From the NCBI GenBank assembly GCA_037134655.1, contig JBAXLR010000003.1, forward strand, positions 1-46,475: a stretch of DNA of 46,475 bases, read 5' to 3'. The first letter of the stretch is position 1; each line of letters starts with the position of its first letter. Shown piece after piece: positions 19,758 to 26,949 of the stretch. The notes under the pieces are model-generated. The model was not told the DNA's origin. It made no database searches and saw nothing but the letters and a program-made list of their open reading frames with translations. The stretch comes from a bacterium (GTDB lineage: Bacteria > Bdellovibrionota_B > Oligoflexia > Oligoflexales > RGVZ01). The translations under genes were made by a program, and so were the position numbers.

Positions 19758-19854
19758 CTCTTGCCCTCCTAACCGATATCAACCGGATTTTGTCACGGTG
19801 ACCATGCTTAGCAAAATTGGCAGCCGACTTCAACTCATTCCACTCAAAAACCAT
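19696..19854 (-). pseudogene. internally deleted BrnT (DUF497) toxin remnant
   Basis: My translation from ATG 19854 gives MVFEWNELKSAANFAKHG|HRDKIRLISVRRARDGE... It keeps the BrnT N-terminus (FEW...K...N..KHG) and C-terminal IR(I/L)IS(A/V)R(K/R)A motif but lacks the ~45 residues between them. 52-codon ORF. Confidence 0.5.
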
Positions 19855-20241
19855 ACCTAAAATATACCTTTTTCATATGTCAGGTCACTTGGCAGCTCTA
19901 TCAACATACAAGAAAGAAAGCCCGTCCGGGGCGGTTTTCCAGACAGGCACGCACGTTTGTCTTTCTGCAAATCCCCGAGCGCCACCGGGACCTGGAACTA
20001 GGTCGGATTTTGAGAATTTGAATAAGCTAAATTTTTTATTTAATAGCAAGGTGAACGTGGCCGATTAAATGTTCGATAAAAAATAAGTCGGAGTCAACAT
20101 GGGAATTTTTAATTTGCCTGGAATAACCTCCATGTTAAACTGCACGGCTGCAGCACAACTAAGTATCCTAGGGAATCAAATCCATTGAGATTTTTTACAC
20201 AGAAATACAATGGGCATTCTGAGGCTTCGCGAGGCTAAAAT

Positions 20242-21207
20242 ATGTTAAGTTTAGCGGTCCAAATAAAACTCTTCGTGATTGCTACATTACTTGCGTCCCT
20301 AATCTCTTCCTGGCAGGCAAACGCAGCCACTGATGCGGCCACGCAATCACAGAGCACCGTCATTGGGGGCTACCTTACAAAAGTTGACCAGTGCTCGAGC
20401 TGTCTCGATTTAAAAAAGACATTAAATCGATGCGCCAAGGAATGCAGCATTTTCGGCAAGCTTCAATCCCTTTTTTTTCAGATGAAAAACCGACTGGGAA
20501 AATGTTCCAAAGTCGGGCCTATAGCCATCGAACATGACCGAACAACACAAATGGTAAAGTGTGAGAACAACACCCAATTTAATCAGCACATAGATTTTAG
20601 CGACAGCCAAGTCGATTATATGTATTGGGACCCCAAAGAGAGTCAGTCTAATCGCAAGAACTTTGATAAATTTGTACACGTTTTTAATGAGCACTACCGA
20701 AATTATCTGAAGAATTATGATGAAACCATTTTAAAAAATTTCCGAAAAAACATTAAAATAAAGAGCATAAAACTCTCCAAAACGGACTTTAAGTCGCGTA
20801 TCATTGATCCCCCGACTAATTACCGCTATGCCGCCGGTGGGAAGCCATATGGCAAAGTAACTCTCGATTCAAAACTTAATCTACACATGGCCATTCCGCT
20901 AACTAGTGGGATTTTTAGCGATGGTTCACGACTTCAAGATCAAATTTGCTCACAGAATAAATCGTTTATTTTTTCGGGAAATCCGAGCCAATTGATTCAT
21001 TGGAGCACGCCCTTAGAGATCAATCCACTATGCGAAGAAAGCTACCACCCTGGCGAGGTAGACATTACCCTCTACTATCGAAACGACAGCCCCCACCCTG
21101 TTATAGAAGTCGTTACGAACGCTCCTGCCTGTGTCCCCCATTATGTTTACGGATTCGATGTAAAAGATAAAGTCTACAAGTTAGCGGATTTCTTTTGTTC
21201 CGGGTGA
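20242..21207 (+). CDS. secreted Cys-rich hypothetical protein (321 aa)
   Basis: Signal peptide (LFVIATLLASLISSWQANA). Visibly more AT-rich than its neighbours (by eye, not computed). No motif recognised. Confidence 0.65.
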   Translation: MLSLAVQIKLFVIATLLASLISSWQANAATDAATQSQSTVIGGYLTKVDQCSSCLDLKKTLNRCAKECSIFGKLQSLFFQMKNRLGKCSKVGPIAIEHDRTTQMVKCENNTQFNQHIDFSDSQVDYMYWDPKESQSNRKNFDKFVHVFNEHYRNYLKNYDETILKNFRKNIKIKSIKLSKTDFKSRIIDPPTNYRYAAGGKPYGKVTLDSKLNLHMAIPLTSGIFSDGSRLQDQICSQNKSFIFSGNPSQLIHWSTPLEINPLCEESYHPGEVDITLYYRNDSPHPVIEVVTNAPACVPHYVYGFDVKDKVYKLADFFCSG

Positions 21208-21230
21208 GCGCGTCAAAGGAAATTCACCTT

Positions 21231-21291
21231 CCGCGCAGACATTTGCACACCCACCCTACACCAAAGTAGGAGTTAGTGTTTCACGGCGGAC
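21231..21291 (+). repeat. palindromic repeat family member (degenerate core)
   Basis: CCGCGCAGACATTTGCACACCCACCC (identical to 23592-23617), then ACACCAAAGTAGGAGT, then TTTCACGGCGGAC. Confidence 0.75.
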
Positions 21292-21309
21292 ATCATGTCT
21301 AAGTCTTGA

Positions 21310-21558
21310 TTATGAGACGCGTAGCTTTCTCAAAAGCTCGACCGTACTGCGCTCAATGAGCTCGCCATTTACAAATTGATGCAGAATGCTGGAGACCAAA
21401 GTCTGATAAGGAAGGCCTTTCTTGTCTGCTTCAGTCTTCAAGGCCGCAAGAACCCCTGCATCAAGACGAATACTAATCGGCACTTTCACAGCACCGGCGT
21501 CCACTTTGACCTTCCCCGGCCGCTTGGTGAGCTTTTTGAGGTTATAGTCCTTTTTCAT
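21310..21558 (-). CDS. brnA: BrnA antitoxin
   Basis: Start taken at ATG 21558 (MKKDYNLKKLTKRPGKVKVD...VPISIRLDAGVLAALKTEADKKGLPYQTLVSSILHQFV). 17-nt overlap with the brnT stop. The track ORF extends to 21630. Confidence 0.8.
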   Translation of the reverse strand: MKKDYNLKKLTKRPGKVKVDAGAVKVPISIRLDAGVLAALKTEADKKGLPYQTLVSSILHQFVNGELIERSTVELLRKLRVS

Positions 21559-21841
21559 AGTCGTATCTTTCCTTTTTGGTGGCCTTCCTAGCCGAGATGA
21601 TTCGGATAACCTCACACGCTTCGCGCTCACAAAAAACCACCAGTAGCAAATTTAGATTCTTAGAGTGCCCCAAGCGAATAAATCGGTCTTCTTGCTCGCT
21701 ACCTTCCGGATCAAAGAACTCCACAGACCTGCTATCGGCCCACACGGTCTGAGCCTCCTCAAACCATACCCCGTATTTTCGATAGTTGCGCAACTTTTTA
21801 AGCTCGTCCCACTGGTAAACCATGGGATGATATAAACCCAT
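21542..21841 (-). CDS. brnT: BrnT toxin (DUF497 ribonuclease family)
   Basis: YQWDELKKLRNYRKYGVWFEEAQTVWAD...EDRFIRLG...LLVVF...VIRIISARKATKKERYDYE. The likely start is the internal ATG 21823. Confidence 0.85.
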   Translation of the reverse strand: MGLYHPMVYQWDELKKLRNYRKYGVWFEEAQTVWADSRSVEFFDPEGSEQEDRFIRLGHSKNLNLLLVVFCEREACEVIRIISARKATKKERYDYEKGL

Positions 21842-21991
21842 TGTATATACAAAGTGAACGGACGTTGATCAAGGACACTCAAAAGTCTTGTGCAGATTCC
21901 TCAACCACAAGATCCGCCTTAAGGATCACAACGTCCATGGGCACAGTCAATTTGTGCAACCATTGGTTGCACAAATAGTTCATCTTGTCTG

Positions 21992-23071
21992 CTATGACGT
22001 CGCTAACCGGTAAGTTCTGGCTTTTAGTTCTCCCTTTGCTTTTAAAGCACGCTTTCGCACAAGTGCTGCAAGATCTCGTTCAAGTGTGCGTCGAGGGATA
22101 TTCGGCAGCCAGCCTAAGACATCTCGCATCGAGAATTGCTCGCGCTTCGCAGCATTGGCCAGAATCTTTCGATGTCTCGCCTGTGGCGATTTTCCAGAGC
22201 TGTCCCGAAGAATTTTGCGCCCCTCTTCCACCACTGCATCTGCCGAAACGGCAAAACACTCCGCCAGAAATTCCAACACCGGATCAAGCCGTCCGAGCAA
22301 GCGACTTTGTCGGATGACCGAGTAGTACCGATCGCGACCTTGCATGATTGCTGTCTCACTGGGGACGAATCTAGCAATGCGTTGGCCACTCTGCAGAAGA
22401 AGTAAATGCTGCATCAGTCGCATGGTACGCCCGTTTCCATCGGCAAAAGGATGGATTGAAACGGCTATGACGTGGAATGAAAAGGCACGTACGAAAGGAT
22501 TCATGCCTTTGGTGTCTTCCAGCCACTTCCAAAGATCGTCGAGCAAATCTTTTAAACAATGAGGCTCCGGACAATCATCAATCTTTTCTCCACTGGCAGA
22601 ACTAACTATTGAGACATTCACCGTGCGAACACGGCCGCACTGCTTTTCCGGGATCAGGCCTTGGGTTACAAGACGCTGAATATCGCACAGATCTGCGATC
22701 TTTATGGGCCGTTTTCCCGTGGCGAGCTCATCCACGTAATCCAGTGCTGCATGATAGTTCTGGACTTCTTTAATGTCTTTTACCAGACCTACAACCCGCT
22801 GTCCTTTCAAGATGGCAGTGACCTCACTCTCACCCAATGCATTGCCTTCAATTTGATTGGAATACGTAATAGCGCGAACTTTGGCCTTTCGCAGAAGTTT
22901 CACTTCGAGCGGGGTCCCAAGGTATTCGTCAAGGAATGGGCGACTTTCAGCTATTCGCATAAGCCAATTCACAAGAGCGTCCGAGTGGACAACCTCGTAG
23001 GGAATTTTATAGCGATAGAGTGTGGGATAGCGTGGCTTCATCGGGTTAATTATCCGCCATTTATCCGCCAT
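21992..23071 (-). CDS. Fic-domain protein (class II, internal inhibitory motif) with C-terminal winged-helix-like tail
   Basis: Canonical Fic motif HPFADGNGRTMR. N-terminal SNQIEG matches the (S/T)xxxE(G/N) inhibitory helix motif. ATG 23071 preferred over the track TTG 23077. Confidence 0.9.
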   Translation of the reverse strand: MADKWRIINPMKPRYPTLYRYKIPYEVVHSDALVNWLMRIAESRPFLDEYLGTPLEVKLLRKAKVRAITYSNQIEGNALGESEVTAILKGQRVVGLVKDIKEVQNYHAALDYVDELATGKRPIKIADLCDIQRLVTQGLIPEKQCGRVRTVNVSIVSSASGEKIDDCPEPHCLKDLLDDLWKWLEDTKGMNPFVRAFSFHVIAVSIHPFADGNGRTMRLMQHLLLLQSGQRIARFVPSETAIMQGRDRYYSVIRQSRLLGRLDPVLEFLAECFAVSADAVVEEGRKILRDSSGKSPQARHRKILANAAKREQFSMRDVLGWLPNIPRRTLERDLAALVRKRALKAKGELKARTYRLATS

Positions 23072-23151
23072 TGTCAATTTGGCGGATACTGATCTAGTAG
23101 GTGCCCGTCATTTATCCGTCATTTATCCGCCATACACAACAGTGGCGGATA
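23050..23151. promoter_or_regulatory. two operator-like modules of TTATCCGCCA boxes
   Basis: Module 1: TTATCCGCCA (23050-59), TTATCCGCCA (23061-70), 9 nt, inverted TGGCGGATA (23080-88). Module 2: TTATCCGTCA (23112-21), TTATCCGCCA (23123-32), 10 nt, inverted TGGCGGATA (23143-51). Module 1 covers the Fic start codon. Confidence 0.55.
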
Positions 23152-23157
23152 TGACCG

Positions 23158-23469
23158 TTACGCCGAGCGAGTGATTTCAAGTTCCATGGATAGACCAAGG
23201 GCTGCGGCAATACGCACGAGCCGGTCAAGCGTCACACTGCTGACTGAGCCAGAGATGATTCCAGTAATGTTGGTTCTTGCCACGCCTGCAAGCTTTGCCA
23301 CCTTGGCATGAGACAGGTCTTGAGCCGTAATTTCACGCCGAATAGCCGCCAGGAGCTGAGCTTTAAGTTTTGACTCCACCGAGCGACGCTTTAACGCGCC
23401 GATGCTTTTTGAAAAGGCCTCCACCGATTCATAAACCACCAAAGGTTTTTTCTTCTTAGAAGGCTTCAT
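23158..23469 (-). CDS. XRE-family HTH protein (antitoxin-like), upstream of fic
   Basis: ATG 23469 after GAGGGAG. HTH core LSHAKVAKLAGVARTNITGIISGSVSSVTLDRLVRIAAALG. Confidence 0.7.
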   Translation of the reverse strand: MKPSKKKKPLVVYESVEAFSKSIGALKRRSVESKLKAQLLAAIRREITAQDLSHAKVAKLAGVARTNITGIISGSVSSVTLDRLVRIAAALGLSMELEITRSA

Positions 23470-23591
23470 ACTCCCTCTCGCACTGACGTAGAACAATGAC
23501 CCGCATCCAAATCTTAATGTACCACATTTGGTACTATCGTCAAACGATTTCAGCCTGGATTATAAAAAGCCCCAACCGCCCGTCAATCCTG

Positions 23592-23667
23592 CCGCGCAGA
23601 CATTTGCACACCCACCCCACTCCAACGTCGGAGTCATGGTTTCACGGCGGACGTGCTAACGTCCGCC
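23592..23667 (+). repeat. palindromic repeat family member plus adjacent hairpin
   Basis: CCGCGCAGACATTTGCACACCCACCC, ACTCCAACGTCGGAGT (23619-34), GGTTTCACGGCGGAC (23638-52). GGCGGACGT-gcta-ACGTCCGCC hairpin at 23646-23667. Confidence 0.75.
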
Positions 23668-23690
23668 AAACCTATACATTGTCAGATATT

Positions 23691-25154
23691 TTATGGCGCG
23701 ATGGTCCATCCGGAAGCAAGACTTAGGGGCCACTCTGATGCACTAGAGGCTACGAGCTGTACTGGGGATGAGCTTTGACTGGTAGACACGGCCCCGCAAC
23801 TTGATGGGGTTCCGTATGAGTTAAAAGATCGGGTCGCCCACGTATCTGCGGACTTGTTCATTATGATCAAGTTTGAAGCGTTGTACTTAAGGCTAATTGA
23901 AGGCAGGGTACCAAACAACGTCACGTCTCCATCTGGTTGGAAGGTTGATGCACGCACGATGTATGCCTGACCGGAACAATCACTAGACGTATAGTGAATC
24001 TGGTCATAGTTCGCGTAGTTGGAGCTTGGCCAAAAATAAACATCTAAAAGTTTGAGTGTCCCGGGCGACGCGCTGCTGTCTAACGAAGGGACGTACTGTG
24101 TGCCGCTCCAGCTGGACACAACGAGACTCGAGCGTGGACCAATATAAGCCGCATAAGCATTGTTAGCCGTGCTCTTCACTAAGTAAGTCAACGTCGTATA
24201 TTGCCGGTTTGTCGCGTACATGCCCCAATCTAGCCGACTTTGAGTAAAAATTGAAATCACCTGTCCCACGACGCTACCATCTGACTTTTTGAGCTTCAGA
24301 CTCGCACCATCACATACGTATGACGTCTGAGACACCTCTCCAGCGTCCAATACGCCACTGGAATCAGTGTCAGGCCCAACTTCAAGTTTCTTCCCACCAA
24401 ACGGACAATTTGTTCCCGCCGATTCAGATGACAACTTAATCAAAGAATTCTTACCATTTGTTCCGTTACTACCACTCGCCCCCGCTGCTCCAGCCACGCC
24501 CTGGCTGCCGGCTGCGCCGTGACAGACAAAACTTGTCGACTGCACTTCGCCGTCTTCAAGAGTACCGTTACTATTGGCATCAAGGCCTGATCTGACTTTG
24601 TTGCCACCACTTGCGCAGTTACTACCGGCCGCTTCCGCGGTGACGGCCACCAGCGAGGGCTTTCCATCCGCTCCACTAACACCCGCTAAGCCGTTACAAG
24701 CATAACTAGTCGAGGTGACTTCGTTTGCGTCTAGTTGGCTGTTGGCGTTTTGATCAAGGCCATTTTGAATTTTCTGACCGCCTGTTGCACAGCTAGCTCC
24801 CGACGCCTCGGGCGTGACGAGAACAATGCTATTTTTGCCAGCAGCACCGCCTGTGCCGTCAGATCCTTTAAGATCAATGACATCCCATTGATCACTGTCA
24901 CCGCAGTAGCGGAATTTCTTCTCCGCCAAGACGTAGTAACTCTTACCTCGCCTTGAGCTATTACATGCGCCTAAGTCTCCCGTCAAATTAACGATAGCGA
25001 TCTCGCTGCCGTCATCGGTGCTGCCGACTTTTGTACCCTCGTCTTTTTTGTCAGCCTCAACATTAGGCCCAGCACCACCGCCAGAGGATCCTCCCTTCTG
25101 ACAAGACACCAGCCCCACGACCAACGAGATCCCAATCATCTGACTTTTGAGCAT
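23691..25154 (-). CDS. secreted lipoprotein with three ~55-aa Cys/Asp repeats
   Basis: ATG 25154 after GAGGTGG. Lipobox LVVGLVSCQ. Repeats are GKNSIVLVTPEASGASCATGGQKIQNGLDQNANSQLDANEVTSTSYACNG, GKPSLVAVTAEAAGSNCASGGNKVRSGLDANSNGTLEDGEVQSTSFVCHG and GKNSLIKLSSESAGTNCPFGGKKLEVGPDTDSSGVLDAGEVSQTSYVCDG. Confidence 0.75.
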   Translation of the reverse strand: MLKSQMIGISLVVGLVSCQKGGSSGGGAGPNVEADKKDEGTKVGSTDDGSEIAIVNLTGDLGACNSSRRGKSYYVLAEKKFRYCGDSDQWDVIDLKGSDGTGGAAGKNSIVLVTPEASGASCATGGQKIQNGLDQNANSQLDANEVTSTSYACNGLAGVSGADGKPSLVAVTAEAAGSNCASGGNKVRSGLDANSNGTLEDGEVQSTSFVCHGAAGSQGVAGAAGASGSNGTNGKNSLIKLSSESAGTNCPFGGKKLEVGPDTDSSGVLDAGEVSQTSYVCDGASLKLKKSDGSVVGQVISIFTQSRLDWGMYATNRQYTTLTYLVKSTANNAYAAYIGPRSSLVVSSWSGTQYVPSLDSSASPGTLKLLDVYFWPSSNYANYDQIHYTSSDCSGQAYIVRASTFQPDGDVTLFGTLPSISLKYNASNLIIMNKSADTWATRSFNSYGTPSSCGAVSTSQSSSPVQLVASSASEWPLSLASGWTIAP

Positions 25155-25292
25155 AATCCACCTCAAGTTGTTTGCGATGATTCGGAATCTCGCTGACCTC
25201 CCTTAGCCCTGTCCGCTAACGAACCCAATAAATCCGACAACCCGGACAAAGCCCATTACCAGCGTGATCACGACAAAGTTAGGGCTGAACGT

Positions 25293-25556
25293 TCAGCTGA
25301 CTTTCAAGCTTAGTTTTTCTTTGTTTATCTGGTCTTGTAGGGCTAGCTTCACCAGCCATTCGGCAGGGAGGTCTAGTTTTTTGGAAAATTCCTTTGCCAA
25401 TTTAATACTGACCGCAAAACGGTCGTGCTCAATGTCGCACAAACGCTGCTTAGATATGCCCAGAAACTTGGCAAACTCTACCTGAGACAGTTCTTCCCCT
25501 AGTCGGTGTAGGCGCAGAAATTCGCCCAGGGAGTTGGCTTTTCGTTTAGTACTCAT
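25293..25556 (-). CDS. XRE-family antitoxin
   Basis: LSQVEFAKFLGISKQRLCDIEHDRFAVSIKLAKEFSKKL. 11-nt overlap with the upstream RelE-like gene. Confidence 0.75.
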   Translation of the reverse strand: MSTKRKANSLGEFLRLHRLGEELSQVEFAKFLGISKQRLCDIEHDRFAVSIKLAKEFSKKLDLPAEWLVKLALQDQINKEKLSLKVS

Positions 25557-25803
25557 GTTTGTTGACCTCTAAAATCTCTATGACTTCATAGCGGTTGGGA
25601 TCTAGCTCACGGTAGATTATCCGGTAGCCCTTCGACAACCTGACGGAACGCTGCCCCCGACGACGGCCGTGCAATGGCTCATCGTGAATTCCATTATATT
25701 TGCGGGCCTCTCGAAGTACAATCGTCTTGAGCAAATCAACCCAGTAGTCATATTTCCGCGCTATGTGAGCCGGGCAGTGATCTAAAAACATTACACACAT
25801 CAT
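25546..25803 (-). CDS. RelE/ParE-superfamily toxin
   Basis: 85 aa. GQRSVRLSKGYRIIYRELDPNRYEVIEILEVNKHEY is typical of RelE-fold toxins; toxin-first operon. Confidence 0.7.
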   Translation of the reverse strand: MMCVMFLDHCPAHIARKYDYWVDLLKTIVLREARKYNGIHDEPLHGRRRGQRSVRLSKGYRIIYRELDPNRYEVIEILEVNKHEY

Positions 25804-26328
25804 AGCCGTTAAAAATCACCGAAAAATTAAACCTCCTAAATTGCAATAGGATTAACGGCCTAAAATTTGAGAAATAATGAAAGAAATGACACTTCTTTCT
25901 TCCCGATCAGAAGAGGTTAGCCCAAACAAAGTCCACCGCATGGAGGACGCAACACCTGCCAGCATGTTAATTGCGTTGGCAAAAATCATCGAAATAGGAT
26001 CTTAAAACCTCACAAATCGGTGCTTCAATCCAGCTATTGTACAATTTATTGTAGCGTCTCTCAGTTGAAGATGATCCCACAACTTAGACGGATTTATTTA
26101 TCCAAATATCCAGCCAGGTATTTTTTTTTGACCCAACTTAAGCAAGTGTCCTCTTTCATCCCCAATACTGAACCTATGTCTCTTTCGGAGGATGAATTGA
26201 CTTAATAGATCTAGTTTCGATCCTTAGTCGAAATCAATAATCACGCGATCCAGCGTGTATACCATCCGGTATCGATCAGTGTTAAACTACTTTGGTCAAT
26301 TTCTCCACTGATACGCAAGGAAGCTAAT

Positions 26329-26949
26329 ATGAATTCGCTCCAAATTGAAACATTTGCAGTTAAATTGCAAAGACATCCACAACCATCCGAGATTCACTCG
26401 TGTTTTTGCGAATTTGTCGGCAAGTCAGACGGTAAATCTTCTGAATCGCTGGGATGTAGCGGTATTGCTCGGGACGGCGCAATACTAGTGAGACCCGCAA
26501 ATGAGCGGCAAATCACTTCAAGCGATAAAATGCAAAGTCGGTCAATCCAGATTGATTTATCCAAGCCAATTTCAATATCATTGCGGCTATGTCTCGGGGC
26601 AAATGGTGGCGGCAAGAAACGTCGAGAACGCGACGGACAACGCACAGGACTTTCTTGGAAGCAGCGGACAGCCTCTGGGCAAACGACTATCGATAAAATA
26701 CTCGAAAAACTCGAGGTGTCGGCTGGAATCAAGCCGTCTTCTGACGATAGCGCAATCGTGCGCAATCTTACACAGGAGCATGCTGGCATTCGCATTGATA
26801 GAAACGCGGGCACTTTCTTTCTCAATGATTGCCACGAGGTCATCGGCTCGTTTGAAATTATTAATATAGAAAAATTTACGGCGGCAATTCAAAGAGGCAT
26901 AGGAAAGCGTCGTTCCTATGGATTTGGGCTAATCGAGGTTATCGTATGA
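26329..26949 (+). CDS. cas6e: Cas6e-like (CasE/Cse3-type) crRNA endoribonuclease
   Basis: C-terminus ...EVIGSFEIINIEKFTAAIQRGIGKRRSYGFGLIEVIV resembles E. coli CasE ...FEGVLTINDAPALIDLVQQGIGPAKSMGCGLLSLAPL (from memory), including the Gly-rich loop. ISISLRLCLGANGGG resembles LYFRLRANP. AAGGAAG RBS. Stop overlaps the cas3 start (ATGA). Confidence 0.75.
   Translation: MNSLQIETFAVKLQRHPQPSEIHSCFCEFVGKSDGKSSESLGCSGIARDGAILVRPANERQITSSDKMQSRSIQIDLSKPISISLRLCLGANGGGKKRRERDGQRTGLSWKQRTASGQTTIDKILEKLEVSAGIKPSSDDSAIVRNLTQEHAGIRIDRNAGTFFLNDCHEVIGSFEIINIEKFTAAIQRGIGKRRSYGFGLIEVIV

Noticed and set aside
22086-23092. Multiple 67-143-aa ORFs overlapping the Fic gene in other frames
   Set aside because: The 361-aa Fic track ORF (21992..23077) carries the HPFxDGNGR motif and spans the whole interval. 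The overlapping ORFs are shadows.
23646-23667. GGCGGACGT-gcta-ACGTCCGCC hairpin as an intrinsic terminator of the 23691..25154 gene
   Set aside because: The 9-bp stem is good, but no U-tract follows on either strand. I treat it as part of the repeat element rather than calling a terminator.
26394-26892. ORFs 26394..26843 (-), 26501..26869 (+) and 26587..26892 (-) inside cas6e
   Set aside because: They are alternative-frame shadows. The 206-aa frame has an RBS, a Cas6e-like C-terminus and an ATGA junction with cas3.
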